DNA of 64,000 nt from the NCBI GenBank assembly GCA_963691875.1, contig OY829846.1, forward strand, positions 4,576,001 through 4,640,000. The letters are read 5' to 3'. The translations under genes and the position numbers were made by a program. The notes beneath the pieces are model-generated. The model ran no database searches and was not told where the DNA came from. It saw only the letters and a program-made list of their open reading frames with translations. Of the stretch, positions 38,864 through 49,832 are shown one piece after another (position 1 is the stretch's first letter; every line of letters starts with the position of its first letter). This DNA comes from Aureliella sp. GTDB taxonomy: Bacteria > Planctomycetota > Planctomycetia > Pirellulales > Pirellulaceae.

Positions 38864-39220
38864 GCGCTATTCGCTCCGTCGAACGCAGCATCTTTCACAT
38901 AAAATCCTCGGTTGCACCTCGCCATAACTGCGCTGCGCCCGTTAGCGGCCTACGAAGCAATCCGAGACTTACCAATCCGTCGTGCTGGCCGGAGCAGGGT
39001 TTATTATTTGAATAGCCAGCTTCACAGCAGATAAGAATCTCTTCGGTACGGATGTTGTTTCATTCAGTCTGAGAGGCTTAGGTGAGCCGACGGGCGGATT
39101 AGCATCACGCAGTCCTGGGCCTAAGGGGCTAGTTCGCATCAGCTGGCGCGGCGCTGCTTCTGCGAGGGGACGTTCCCTGGTATCCTGCGGCGAAACTTGA
39201 CTCTAAGGGGGATTTGAGGA

Positions 39221-39775
39221 ATGCACATCGTTGTAGTTTGCGGAACCAATCGCGATGGTGCTTTGTCGCGGTTATTGGCACAAGAAGTAGCTGAGAGCTA
39301 TCTACGGTTGAACTGTACAGTAGATCTGGTCGATATGGCGGAGCTACCACCAGAAACGCTGAGCGGTTCGGCCTACCAAGAGCAACCGGAAGCGACTGCC
39401 GCACTTGTTCAGCGTTTCTTGAAGTCTGACGGGGCGGTCTTCGTCGTTCCAGAGTACAACGGCAGCTTCCCCGGCGTCTTGAAGCTCTTCGTCGACATGC
39501 TTCCGTATCCGGAAGGATTTGATGGCCGTCCTTGTGCATTCATCGGTTTGGCAGCTGGCCAGTTCCAAGGTCTACGAGCTGTGGAGCAGTTCCAGGGTGT
39601 TGCTGGTTATCGGAATGCATACCTGTTCCCAAGGCGGCTTTTTATTGGCGATAGCTACTCGAAGTTCGTGGACGGCAAACTGGCAGACGATGAGCTCACG
39701 GATCGGTTGCTGAAGCAAGCGGACGGCTTTGCGAATTTTGTCGGGCAGACCGGCGAAAAAGCGAACGGTAGCTGA
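39221..39775 (+). CDS. NADPH-dependent FMN reductase
   Basis: GTNR.G..S and VPEYNGSFPGVLK.F.D. Confidence 0.9.
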   Translation: MHIVVVCGTNRDGALSRLLAQEVAESYLRLNCTVDLVDMAELPPETLSGSAYQEQPEATAALVQRFLKSDGAVFVVPEYNGSFPGVLKLFVDMLPYPEGFDGRPCAFIGLAAGQFQGLRAVEQFQGVAGYRNAYLFPRRLFIGDSYSKFVDGKLADDELTDRLLKQADGFANFVGQTGEKANGS

Positions 39776-40069
39776 GCAGCAGAGTGCCACCGGAGTTGAA
39801 CCGAATCAGTCAGTCCTGGTAGTTTGGCCAAGAACACAGAATTTCTTCGTATCCATCTTGTCCCCCATTGGGGTGATTTTAGCTGGCATAATCCGAAAAA
39901 GTTTGACTTCAGAGGAACGTACTTGTAGCTTGAGCGAGTACATCTTGCAGTGAGCTATCGCTACTCTATGTCCCTTTTCGCCCTGCAACGGGCATCTCTT
40001 TTCACATAACTGTCCGACTCTTCTCGTCTTTTTCTTCTTTGGTCTCGTTGGATCGTCAAAGGTGGCTTG

Positions 40070-41857
40070 ATGTTGCGCAAATCCTATGGGCTCCTAGCCC
40101 TAACTCTTTCAGTTGTCTTGGCCCCGTCGCTACGGGCAGGCACATTCGAAGTTGCAGATCGCAATGAACTCAATCGACTCATGGTTGAGCTCAGAGCACA
40201 GCAGTTTTTATCTCATGCGACCTTTGGTCCGACCGATGCCGAAGTGCAAGCACTGTCGGATCGGATGATGCAGGTCGGAATTCGCCGAGCTGCATCGGAA
40301 TGGATTGATAATCAGTTCGCGACAGCACCGACCTTCCACCAGCCGCTGGCTGAGGCGATGGTGGCTGCAGATGGGTTTGATCAAACCCAAAGTGGAATCA
40401 ACGTCACTCGCTATCGCTATCATGCTTGGTGGCACAATGCGATCACTGCTGAGGATCAACTTCGCCAAAGGACCGCCTGGGCTCTGATGCAGATTTGCGT
40501 TGTGGGTGAAACGGGCTCGAACTTCAACAACCCTGCCGCAGGTAAGACAGGCAAGGGACGTTGGCTTGGGCTATCGAATTACTACGACATGCTGCTTCAC
40601 AATTCGTTTGGCAACTATCGCGATGTGGTTGGTGGCGTGACTTTTCACCCGATCATGGGGGTCTGGCTAAGTCACCTAAGAAATGAAAAAGCGAATCCAA
40701 GTCAGAATATCTTCCCTGATGAAAACTACGCTCGTGAGATTTTGCAGCTATTCACCATCGGCCTCTACTTGATGAATCCTGATGGCACCTTCCAGCGAGA
40801 CAGTGAAGGTGAGTTGATTCCAACTTATGGGAACCCCGAAATCGAGACTTTTGCACGTCTCTTTACCGGGTTAACCTACAACCAAAGTCGTGCTCTTCGC
40901 AATGGAACGGTGAACTTCCAAGAGCCGATGATGATGTTTGACAGTTCGCACGACCAGGATCCCAAACAGGTCTTTGGTGGGGTGACGCTTCCCGGTGGAG
41001 TTAGCGGCGTCGCAGACATCAACGCAGGTTTAGATCACATTTTAGATCATCCGAATATTGGTCCCTTTATTGCTCGCCGGCTGATTCAAAGGTTGGTGCG
41101 TTCTAACCCTTCCCGCGGTTATTTGTATCGTGTTGTTCGTAAGTGGAACGACAATGGAAGTGGTGTACGAGGAGACATGAAAGCTGTCCTAAAGGCAATC
41201 TTGCTCGATCAAGAAGCTTGGGACGGAATTCGCATGGTGCGTAGAAGTGACCCGTGGCGATTGGAGGTCTCTGGTGCTGGCACCGAGAAGAGTCGACTAC
41301 AAGAACCTGTAGCGCAGTACGTCAGTTTCGTCCGTCGCTATGGCAGCACGGACAATCCGAATGGCTACTTCAATATGAATCGCTTGAACTACAACTGGGC
41401 TCAGTACCCATATGGTTCACCCAGCGTGTTCAACTTTTACTCGCCTGACTTCCAGCCTGCAGGTGACATCAAGTCCTACACAGCTTCGCGCCGTATTCCA
41501 GAACGAACGCTTTACGCGCCTGAGTTTCAGATTCTGGATGGTGTATTTGCAAATCGAACTCCGAACCGATATCGAGCGGATGTGATCAATCGCGAAATGG
41601 TACACACCAATTTGAATAACGATAACGGTGTGATTCGCACTACGATCAGCTACGATTTTTCTGAGGAAATTGCTTTAGCAAGTGACCCGGAGGCACTTGT
41701 GGAACACTTGGATGCCAAGCTATGTTGTGGCACAATGAGCAACTCTATGCGTCAGAAGCTGGTGGAGACGCTGGGTCTGACTACCAATGAAACGAATCGC
41801 TATCGCATCGCGCTGATGGGCGTTTTGAACTCACCCGCTTTCGCCATTGCGGAATAG
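40070..41857 (+). CDS. DUF1800 domain-containing protein
   Basis: Signal peptide, FLSHATFGPT, DQLRQR.AWAL, PDENYARE.LQLFTIG, HPN.GPF and PSVFNFY.P. Confidence 0.88.
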   Translation: MLRKSYGLLALTLSVVLAPSLRAGTFEVADRNELNRLMVELRAQQFLSHATFGPTDAEVQALSDRMMQVGIRRAASEWIDNQFATAPTFHQPLAEAMVAADGFDQTQSGINVTRYRYHAWWHNAITAEDQLRQRTAWALMQICVVGETGSNFNNPAAGKTGKGRWLGLSNYYDMLLHNSFGNYRDVVGGVTFHPIMGVWLSHLRNEKANPSQNIFPDENYAREILQLFTIGLYLMNPDGTFQRDSEGELIPTYGNPEIETFARLFTGLTYNQSRALRNGTVNFQEPMMMFDSSHDQDPKQVFGGVTLPGGVSGVADINAGLDHILDHPNIGPFIARRLIQRLVRSNPSRGYLYRVVRKWNDNGSGVRGDMKAVLKAILLDQEAWDGIRMVRRSDPWRLEVSGAGTEKSRLQEPVAQYVSFVRRYGSTDNPNGYFNMNRLNYNWAQYPYGSPSVFNFYSPDFQPAGDIKSYTASRRIPERTLYAPEFQILDGVFANRTPNRYRADVINREMVHTNLNNDNGVIRTTISYDFSEEIALASDPEALVEHLDAKLCCGTMSNSMRQKLVETLGLTTNETNRYRIALMGVLNSPAFAIAE

Positions 41858-41920
41858 TCGGTCCGCCGACCTTCCGTCTCTCTTCTTATCCTTTTCGATT
41901 GCAATACAAAGAGTTTGATC

Positions 41921-43435
41921 ATGGCACGCAAAAAGAAATTCCATATGCCAAAGCTGGAACGCCGCGATTTTCTTAGGCTTTCCGGGGGCTGTGCGGCCCT
42001 CAGTTCGACGTCACTGTTGTCGACACTCGTCAATTTAAAGTTAACCAATACAGCTGCAGCTGCGGCGGCATCCGGAGGCGATCTGTCAGGCTACAAAGCC
42101 CTGGTATGCATCTTCTTCCTTGGTGGCTACGACTCTTACAATGTGCTCGCGCCGTACGAGCAGAATGAGTACAACGACTACTTAAGTGCACGAACCAATC
42201 TCGCTTTGCCGCGAGCTGATCTGTTGCAGATCGCGGATCGTAGTGGTCGTTCCTTCGGTGTACACCCTGGCATGACTGAAGTGCGAGACTTGTACAACCA
42301 ACAAAATTTAGCCTTTGTATCAAACGTTGGTAGTTTGGTTTTCCCGACCAACAAGAGCAATCTTGCTACGGTGCAGAAACCGCTCGGGCTTTACTCGCAC
42401 TCGGACCTTATTCAGCACTGGCAAACCTGTGTTCCGCAGACTCGATCCCAAGTAACGGGTTGGGGCGGCCGGATGGCGGATATGATTACTGATACGGTGA
42501 ATCAGAACCCTTCGGTTGCAATGAATATTGCGCTAGGAGCGCTGAACACCTTTGAAACCGGAAACACGATCGTGCCTTACGTGGTTCAGCAAACCGGTGC
42601 TACGCCGTTGAGTGGGTACGGAAGTAGCGGTACAGGCTTGAATGGCTTGTACACCAAGTTCACTGACGACATGCTCAGTGAGCAGTACGGTGACCTTCTT
42701 GAGAAGTCGTTCTCGGAGACTCGTCGGACCAGTATTGATGGTGCGATAGGGTTCAACAACGCGACGAGTTCGGTGAATCTGAATACCGTTTTTCCAGAGA
42801 CGACTTTGGCTCAGAACCTGCAAATGGTTGCCAAGACGATTGGTGCGCGGAATCAGCTGCAGCAGTCTCGACAAATCTTCTTTGTCTCGATTGGCGGTTG
42901 GGATCACCACGATGAAGTGCTGGGGCGCCAAGCGGGCATGTTGCCTATGGTTAGCCAAGCAATGAAGGCGTTCTACGACGCGACCGTTGAATTGGGAGTG
43001 GCCAATGAAGTAACAACCTTCACTGCTTCCGATTTTGCACGCACACTTTCGTCCAACGGAAATGGAAGTGACCATGCTTGGGGTGGAAACCACATGGTAA
43101 TGGGCGGATCTGTTGCAGGCGGAAATGTCTACGGTGAATATCCAACCACGCTTGCTCCAGGCAACGATTGGGATACGGGCCGCGGACGATTGATTCCGAC
43201 TACGTCCGTGGATGAGTACAATGCGGATCTAGCGTGCTGGTTCGGTTTGCCCAACGACAACACATTGGAGGAGATTCTACCCAACATTCGCAATTTCTAC
43301 GCTTCCGGCACACTTGATCCAGCTGTCGGTTTCATGCAAGGTGGGTTCGGCGGTGGAGGTAACTTTATCCAGCCTCCAGGAGGGGATCTGCCCGGCGGTG
43401 GTGGAGAGACTGGCGGGCCTGGCTTCGGCCTCTAG
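41921..43435 (+). CDS. DUF1501 domain-containing protein with Tat signal
   Basis: RRDFL Tat motif, YKALVCIF..GG.D, GGWDHH, SDFART..SNG.GSDHAWG and GRLIPT.SVD. Confidence 0.88.
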   Translation: MARKKKFHMPKLERRDFLRLSGGCAALSSTSLLSTLVNLKLTNTAAAAAASGGDLSGYKALVCIFFLGGYDSYNVLAPYEQNEYNDYLSARTNLALPRADLLQIADRSGRSFGVHPGMTEVRDLYNQQNLAFVSNVGSLVFPTNKSNLATVQKPLGLYSHSDLIQHWQTCVPQTRSQVTGWGGRMADMITDTVNQNPSVAMNIALGALNTFETGNTIVPYVVQQTGATPLSGYGSSGTGLNGLYTKFTDDMLSEQYGDLLEKSFSETRRTSIDGAIGFNNATSSVNLNTVFPETTLAQNLQMVAKTIGARNQLQQSRQIFFVSIGGWDHHDEVLGRQAGMLPMVSQAMKAFYDATVELGVANEVTTFTASDFARTLSSNGNGSDHAWGGNHMVMGGSVAGGNVYGEYPTTLAPGNDWDTGRGRLIPTTSVDEYNADLACWFGLPNDNTLEEILPNIRNFYASGTLDPAVGFMQGGFGGGGNFIQPPGGDLPGGGGETGGPGFGL

Positions 43436-43467
43436 CTCACTTCCCCACATTGCTAGCAAAATAGAAG

Positions 43468-43495
43468 AACTCGGCTACTCATCGGCCGAGTTTTT
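43468..43495 (+). terminator. intrinsic terminator
   Basis: AACTCGGC...GCCGAGTT stem followed by TTT. Confidence 0.65.
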
Positions 43496-43700
43496 GCTTG
43501 CGCTAATCTTGACGCCGGAGAACCCGTTTTCCTACCGTCGCTTGAGACTATTCTTGGGCTGCGCTTAGAGCGGGGGATCGCGCAGTAAGTTCTCTGGGGA
43601 TCATTGTGCACCGATGTGGCGAGATTCTCATGTGCAGTGTTGAAGTCCTTCAAAGGTCATAATCATCTCTCGCCGCTATTCAACCACGCAACGTCGCAGG

Positions 43701-46064
43701 GTGTTTTCAAGCAGTGCTATGTCATGCGTAGTGCTGTGCTTGCTGCTGACGCATAGCTCTTCGGTTGTGGTAGCTCAAAACGATGTCTCTGAGAACACGA
43801 CGCAGCGGGGTACCGTCGAATTGAACTTCCAGGGGCCCGTCAAGCTCGATGTGCTGCTCAACTATCTTTCCAAGCGCCTTGGAACTCGGTTCCAATATTC
43901 AGCCGCTATTGGCAATCGCCAGGTGAGCCTTCGGGCTGTGGAGCCTATTCCAGTGAAGTCTCTTCCGGCACTGCTTTCTAGTGTGCTGCGAACTGAAGGT
44001 CTCGTCCTGACAGATTCTGATGTTCAAGGTTGGAAGCGGATTGTCGACGTTAAGAATATGTTGCAGTATGCACCGGTCGGTGAAGCTCCTAACGTGCTGG
44101 AAAAGCAGGGAGTCGCAACTCCGGTAACCCAGGTGTTCGTCTTAGAAAACGCTGCAGCTGTTCAGCTTGCAACTGTGCTCAAACCCTTTATGACAGAGAC
44201 GGGATCAAACTTACTTGCGGTACCTGACTCCAATGTGCTGATTGCAACGGACTATGCAGCAGTGATCAGAACTCTGGCCGAGTTAATGAAGATCATTGAT
44301 CGTCCTGGCGGCGAGTCTGTGATCGAACTGTACGAAGTCAAAAACTCCGAGTCCGAGGCCTTGGCTGAGCAGGTTCGCCAGGTCCTGGTCGAGCAGGGGA
44401 GCCCAGGTGCAAATCTTGTACGCGTGATCGCACAGCCAACGGGTCGTCGCATTGTGGTTGCTGGACGAACAGGCGTAGTGCAAAAGGCTCTCGATCTCCT
44501 CCAGCAGCTCGATGTCTCGCGCGGTATGAATACCAAGGTCTACCGTATCCGTCATACGACGGCTGAACGCATCGACAAGCTCGCGAAAGGGTTTATTCAG
44601 CCTCAAGATGCAGAAAGTAGTTATCAGTCGACGGTCGATGAAGAAGGTAACTTGCTGATCATTCGAGCCACTGGTGAAGTACACCTACAGCTGCAGCAGT
44701 TGATCAACGAAATCGACGTTGCAGTCGATTCCAGTGAAAGTCCGATTCAGTTCTACAAACTGAAAAACGCCAGTGCTATCAACGTCTTATATACCTTGCT
44801 CGCGCTACAAGAAGCATATGGAACCGGAGTTGGAGTATCGCAGGCTAGCTACGCTCCAATTGGCGGGGCAGGCGTCCCTAACTACGGTGCGTTTCCTGGC
44901 TTCAACGCAGCGCGTCAGGCTGGACAGAACAATGGACTGCAGGCAATGCCTCTGCCACTAGTGCCGGGGATGAACGGCGTAGGCGGGCAAGAGTCATTCT
45001 TACCGGAAGCAAACAATCCGCTGGCACGACCTACTTTGGCCGACGGTACTGGTAACTTGCAAAATGCGTTGGCTGGCAGCGCTGGTCTCGGTGCGGGTGG
45101 CTGGGGCCAAGCCGGTGCAGGCGTGGCAACCTTGCCGGGCGGAGCTAGAGTTTCGGCAGACATTTCGACGAATAGCTTGATTGTTTTTGCGCCCTCGAAC
45201 GTGCAGGAAATGTACGCCAAGCTAATTCAATCGCTTGACCAGCGTCGTCCGCAAGTGTTGATCGAAGCCAAGATCGTGGCTGTGGATACGTCGAATGACT
45301 TTTCATTGGGCGTTGAAGTCTCTGCTGGAGACCGGATTGGATCGAAGAAGCTCTTCCAATTCAACTCGTTCGGGCTCAGCCAAGTCGATCCGACGACGGG
45401 TGCTTTACAGGTCATTCCTGGGTTAGGATTCAACGGTACCTTGGTTGATCCCGATGTGGCTGACGTTGTGGTCCGTGCTTTATCGTCCCATCGCCGAGCG
45501 CGCGTTCTGGCGGCTCCAAAGATTTTGGTAAATGACAACAGCACTGGTAAACTAGAGAGCGTGAACAGCATTCCGTTTTCCAGTGTGAACGCTTCGCAAA
45601 CTGTTTCGACGACTAGCCTCGGTGGAGATCAGCAAGCAGGGACCATCATCACTGCAACGCCGCATATCAACGAGAACGATCATTTACAGCTGGATTTCGA
45701 CGTTGAGTTCAGTACCTTTTCTGGAACGGCGACGGCTGGCCTACCGCCACCGCGACAAATTGATCGAGTTGGTAGTACGGTGACCATTCCTGATGGCAAG
45801 ACTGTCGTGGTGGGTGGTTTGAAACGCGTGAGTGCTTCGGAAACTTTCACTGGAATACCATGGGCGGAGAAGATTCCTGTGATCCGTGAATTGACTTCAC
45901 GCACTGATCGTGGGCGTCAAACCACTTCGTTTTTCCTTTTCATCCGACCACTCATTTTGCGGGATTCTCGCTTCGCAGACTTGCGTTTCTTGTCTGACAA
46001 GAATGCACAGGAGGCACGCATACCTGGCGATTATCCGTTTAGTCGCCCGGAGTTAATCCCTTAG
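43701..46064 (+). CDS. gspD: type II secretion secretin
   Basis: N0-N3 domains, LDQRRPQVLIEAKIV, VLAAPKILVNDN, and TVTIPDGKTVVVGGL...IP...KIP.I..L. Confidence 0.88.
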   Translation: MFSSSAMSCVVLCLLLTHSSSVVVAQNDVSENTTQRGTVELNFQGPVKLDVLLNYLSKRLGTRFQYSAAIGNRQVSLRAVEPIPVKSLPALLSSVLRTEGLVLTDSDVQGWKRIVDVKNMLQYAPVGEAPNVLEKQGVATPVTQVFVLENAAAVQLATVLKPFMTETGSNLLAVPDSNVLIATDYAAVIRTLAELMKIIDRPGGESVIELYEVKNSESEALAEQVRQVLVEQGSPGANLVRVIAQPTGRRIVVAGRTGVVQKALDLLQQLDVSRGMNTKVYRIRHTTAERIDKLAKGFIQPQDAESSYQSTVDEEGNLLIIRATGEVHLQLQQLINEIDVAVDSSESPIQFYKLKNASAINVLYTLLALQEAYGTGVGVSQASYAPIGGAGVPNYGAFPGFNAARQAGQNNGLQAMPLPLVPGMNGVGGQESFLPEANNPLARPTLADGTGNLQNALAGSAGLGAGGWGQAGAGVATLPGGARVSADISTNSLIVFAPSNVQEMYAKLIQSLDQRRPQVLIEAKIVAVDTSNDFSLGVEVSAGDRIGSKKLFQFNSFGLSQVDPTTGALQVIPGLGFNGTLVDPDVADVVVRALSSHRRARVLAAPKILVNDNSTGKLESVNSIPFSSVNASQTVSTTSLGGDQQAGTIITATPHINENDHLQLDFDVEFSTFSGTATAGLPPPRQIDRVGSTVTIPDGKTVVVGGLKRVSASETFTGIPWAEKIPVIRELTSRTDRGRQTTSFFLFIRPLILRDSRFADLRFLSDKNAQEARIPGDYPFSRPELIP

Positions 46065-46093
46065 CAAATGAATCATTCTTTCTCGCATTCGTT

Positions 46094-47638
46094 ATGTCCT
46101 TGCAAGCAGATTCGACTCATGAACTCGCGGAGCTGAGTCGAATACTCGCACTGCCCATCGAGTCTCGGCTAACGAGCAGTTCAGTACCTTCGGAGTTTCT
46201 CGAGCGATTTTCGATTGGCTACTGTCGCTCGAAGAACTTGATTGTATTGCAGCAAGCGGATTCACGGGTTCTTCGAGTCGCGATTTGTGATCATCAGGGC
46301 TGGCAGCAACTGGACAGTATTTCGCGGCTAATGAGTTGTGGTACTCAGGTTGTACTGGCTGAGCGCGACGAAATTCAGCGAGCCATAAACCAGGCATACT
46401 CGGATCGGAGTTCCTCGACCTCCGAACTCTTGTCCGACATGGACGCAGATAGCTTAGTCGCAGAAGCATTGCAGTCGAAGACGGAAGACTTGTTGGATAG
46501 CGGCGGTCGAGCTCCGATTATTCAGCTCGTAAACCAATTATTGTTCAATGCTGTGAAGGCGGGCGCCTCGGATGTGCACGTGCAACCGGCTGAGGACCAT
46601 GTACTGATTCGGCAGCGCATCGATGGCGTGCTATTTGATACGCAGCGTTTTCCCAAATCGATTCAGGATGAAGTGCTCACCCGCCTCAAGGTTATGGGCG
46701 AGATGAACATTGCCGAGAAACGCCTTCCGCAAGATGGACGAGCGACTGTGCAGCTGGGTGATCGGGTTGTTGATCTGCGGATTGCTTCGCTGCCGACTAG
46801 TCACAGTGAGCGCATTGTGATTCGTTTGCTCGATAAGAGTGCTCGGCTTTACACGCTGGAAGAGCTGGGGATGGCCCAAGCGACGCTGCTAAGGTGGCGA
46901 GAGCTGATCGGATTGGATCATGGTTTGATTCTGGTCACCGGCCCGACCGGCAGCGGCAAAAGTACGACTTTGTACAGCGCATTGCAGGAAATCAACTCCC
47001 AGGAACTCAACGTTCTAACGCTAGAGGATCCGATTGAGTATCAGCTGGACGGGATTAGTCAGTCGCAGATCAATGAGAAAAAGGGAATGACGTTCGCTGC
47101 CGGTATGCGGAGTGTCCTGCGACAGGATCCGGACATCATTATGGTGGGCGAGATTCGTGATCGTGATACAGCAACGATGGCGATTCAGGCGTCCTTGACG
47201 GGGCACTTGGTTTTTTCGACCCTGCACACAAACGATGCGGCCAGTGCTGTCACACGATTGTTGGATCTGGGCGTCGAGCCTTATCTCGTTGCCAGCTCTT
47301 TGGTGGCTTCTTTGGCGCAGCGACTTGTGCGAAAGCTCTGCGAAAACTGCAAGAGAGCATCCGGAGGTGATTCTGCCGATCGATTCGAAGCGATCGGCTG
47401 TGAACAATGCCGCGAGACTGGTTTCGCGGGGCGACTTGGCTTGTTCGAGTTGTTGGTGCTCGACGATGCGGCTCGGGAGCTAGTTCAAACTCGGGCAAAC
47501 GCGGCTACGATTCGAGAGCATGCTCTAGCCGGCGAGATGTCCTTGCTGGCCAAGGATGGTATGCAGAAGGTTGAGCAAGGCCGAACGACCATGGCTGAAG
47601 TAATGCGAGCAACCTCTCTTGCTTCCGAGGACATGTAA
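46094..47638 (+). CDS. gspE: type II secretion ATPase
   Basis: ASDVH, IAEKRLPQDG, Walker A GPTGSGKST, LRQDPDIIMVGEIRD, TGHLVFSTLHTN and CxxC pairs. Confidence 0.93.
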   Translation: MSLQADSTHELAELSRILALPIESRLTSSSVPSEFLERFSIGYCRSKNLIVLQQADSRVLRVAICDHQGWQQLDSISRLMSCGTQVVLAERDEIQRAINQAYSDRSSSTSELLSDMDADSLVAEALQSKTEDLLDSGGRAPIIQLVNQLLFNAVKAGASDVHVQPAEDHVLIRQRIDGVLFDTQRFPKSIQDEVLTRLKVMGEMNIAEKRLPQDGRATVQLGDRVVDLRIASLPTSHSERIVIRLLDKSARLYTLEELGMAQATLLRWRELIGLDHGLILVTGPTGSGKSTTLYSALQEINSQELNVLTLEDPIEYQLDGISQSQINEKKGMTFAAGMRSVLRQDPDIIMVGEIRDRDTATMAIQASLTGHLVFSTLHTNDAASAVTRLLDLGVEPYLVASSLVASLAQRLVRKLCENCKRASGGDSADRFEAIGCEQCRETGFAGRLGLFELLVLDDAARELVQTRANAATIREHALAGEMSLLAKDGMQKVEQGRTTMAEVMRATSLASEDM

Positions 47639-48849
47639 TGGCGGTCTTCGTATATCGCGGAAGTAATCCCGACGAAAGGAATGTCAAAGGAACGATCCTT
47701 GCCGACTCGCCCAGGCACGCTCGGGATAAGTTGCGCGAACGCGGTATCGTTGTGCATGCGATCGACGAACAGCAGCGTGGCGACGTTTCGATACTGCAGT
47801 CACTCGGTCAGTTTGGCTATCGCAAGGCACGAGCTCAATGGGGCTTGGTGGCTCACGAGATGTCGATGTTGCTAAGCGCTGGTATTCCATTGCTAGAAGC
47901 CCTCGATGATTTGGCGAGTCAACATCGCGGTGCCATACGAACTGGGATTCTCAAATTGCGGGACAAAGTCGAAAGCGGCGCTTCCCTGGCTGCAGCGATG
48001 GAAGAGCAGCCCATGATTTTTGATCCCGCTTCCGTTCGCTTAGTCGAGGTGGGGGAGAATGCTGGCAAGCTTGAAGTCGTGTTGGCAGAAGTAGCCGAGT
48101 TCAAACTGCAACTTTCGGAATTCAAGGATCGCGTCACCACAGCGCTGCTCTATCCAATTTTTTTGGCATGCTTTACTTTGGCTGCGATGCTGTTCCTGAT
48201 GACCTGGGTGATGCCTCCACTATTGGAGAGTCTGGAAGAATCGTTGACGGAACTGCCGTTGCCAACTCAGATCGCGAAGTCCATTAGCGACTTGTTGGTT
48301 GGCTACGGTTGGTGGATCTTGGCTGGGATGATTATGATGATCGCGGCAATCGCCGTTTGGCTTCGCTCCCCCTTTGGTCGAAGGCTCGTCGATCGACTTG
48401 TACTCCGAATACCTATATTGGGGCCGATATTGATTAAGCAGTCGGTCGCAAGAATCGCGACTATAGTCGGATTGCTTTCGCGTGGTGGTGTGATGCTGAC
48501 GACAGCCGTTCAGCTAGCCGCCAAGTCCACACGCAACACGGTTTTACAGGAAGCACTTTTCGACGCAGAACGAGCAATGGTTGCAGGTGGTGACATCGCA
48601 GACTCTCTGCGGGCTAGCGGTTGTTTTCCAAGCTTGGCGATTCGCTTTTTTGCCGTTGGGCAGGAATCGGGAAAGCTCGACGAAATGTTGCAGAAACTCG
48701 CAAGCGACTACAATAAGCAGGTAGCAACGGCGTCGGCTCGCATCACGGCTTTCGTCGAACCAGTCATGATTCTCATCCTTTCCGTTGCGGTGGGTTTTCT
48801 TCTCTTGGCCACCATACTGCCTATCCTGGAGGCTGGCAATGTTTCGTAA
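47638..48849 (+). CDS. gspF: type II secretion inner-membrane platform protein
   Basis: LL.AGIPL.EAL, V.VGE..G.L, ALLYP and VGQESGKLDEML...EP. TAATG coupling to gspE. Confidence 0.92.
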   Translation: MAVFVYRGSNPDERNVKGTILADSPRHARDKLRERGIVVHAIDEQQRGDVSILQSLGQFGYRKARAQWGLVAHEMSMLLSAGIPLLEALDDLASQHRGAIRTGILKLRDKVESGASLAAAMEEQPMIFDPASVRLVEVGENAGKLEVVLAEVAEFKLQLSEFKDRVTTALLYPIFLACFTLAAMLFLMTWVMPPLLESLEESLTELPLPTQIAKSISDLLVGYGWWILAGMIMMIAAIAVWLRSPFGRRLVDRLVLRIPILGPILIKQSVARIATIVGLLSRGGVMLTTAVQLAAKSTRNTVLQEALFDAERAMVAGGDIADSLRASGCFPSLAIRFFAVGQESGKLDEMLQKLASDYNKQVATASARITAFVEPVMILILSVAVGFLLLATILPILEAGNVS

Positions 48850-48874
48850 GTTGGACGCGTACAGGGGGCGATTC

Positions 48875-49288
48875 ATGAAATCGCGCCGACGCAAAAGAGC
48901 GTTCTCTTTGGTTGAGTTGATCGTGGTCATGGTGATCATAGGGTTGCTAGCCAGTTTGGCAGCGATTCGTACTCGAAGTTATCTGATTGCTTCCAAGCAG
49001 AACGCGGCCAAGTCTGAAATTGCGACGATCGTCGAAGCGGTTGAAACTTTCTACGCTGACCAGTCTCGCTATCCGACGAACGAAGAAGGTATCGAGATCT
49101 TGATCGAGCCCACTGCTTCCTTTCCGGATGGCTTTCTGAAGAAAGTGCCGAAGGACCCCTGGAAGAATGCCTACGAGTACTTGAGTCCGGGTACCGCGAG
49201 TCCTTATGAAGTAATCTGTCTAGGCGCTGATGGACGTGAGGGTGGCGAAGGTGGTGACTTAGACATCTCAAGTGAAAACCTTGAGTAG
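48875..49288 (+). CDS. gspG: major pseudopilin
   Basis: AFSLVELIVV, YPT.EEG, KVPKDPWKNAYEY and GADG.EGGEG...DI. Confidence 0.92.
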   Translation: MKSRRRKRAFSLVELIVVMVIIGLLASLAAIRTRSYLIASKQNAAKSEIATIVEAVETFYADQSRYPTNEEGIEILIEPTASFPDGFLKKVPKDPWKNAYEYLSPGTASPYEVICLGADGREGGEGGDLDISSENLE

Positions 49289-49832
49289 GCAGTGCTCCTC
49301 CTCTTCGCGGCGTACCATCTTGGTGCCGCGTCAACGCCGTGAATCATCTGCATTCAGCCTGATCGAGTTGGTTGTCGTGATGGCCATTTTGGCAACGTTG
49401 ACGGGCATCGCTTCGATCAGTCTCCGAGGCCATTTGCAAAACAGCAATCGGTCTCGCTGTTTTCAGAAGCTTCAATCAGCAGACAGGTTAGCTCGTCGGC
49501 AAGCTCGAATAGGTGGCGTGCGCGAGGTTCGCCTCAAAATGGAGAGCGATCATGTCCAGTTGCTGACCAAGGACAGCCGTGGCAGGCGATCGGACCGAAC
49601 GTTTCCATTGCCGGAAGGCGCCGGGCTCGAAATGTTTGCCGTCGTTGGTGACCTCGCGAGAGGATTGTCGCAGGACGAGATACGGCTCAATCGGCAAGGC
49701 AGATCTGCTTCCTACGCATTGAAAGTGGATTGCGGCGCGACTCCTTTTTGGTTTGTAGCCTTAGGTGGATCAGGGCAGTGTTTGCAACTGATCACGGAGG
49801 AGCAGGTCGAGGAGTTGTTGCGTGGTCGATAG
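49272..49832 (+). CDS. minor pseudopilin, GspH-like
   Basis: AFSLIELVVVMAIL motif and position after gspG. The true start may be GTG at 49323. Confidence 0.75.
   Translation: MKTLSRQCSSSSRRTILVPRQRRESSAFSLIELVVVMAILATLTGIASISLRGHLQNSNRSRCFQKLQSADRLARRQARIGGVREVRLKMESDHVQLLTKDSRGRRSDRTFPLPEGAGLEMFAVVGDLARGLSQDEIRLNRQGRSASYALKVDCGATPFWFVALGGSGQCLQLITEEQVEELLRGR

Noticed and set aside
38864..39220. 357-bp intergenic region as a possible ncRNA
   Set aside because: It has some GC-rich partial inverted repeats but no recognisable riboswitch, tRNA or other RNA motif by eye. An Rfam scan would be needed to decide.
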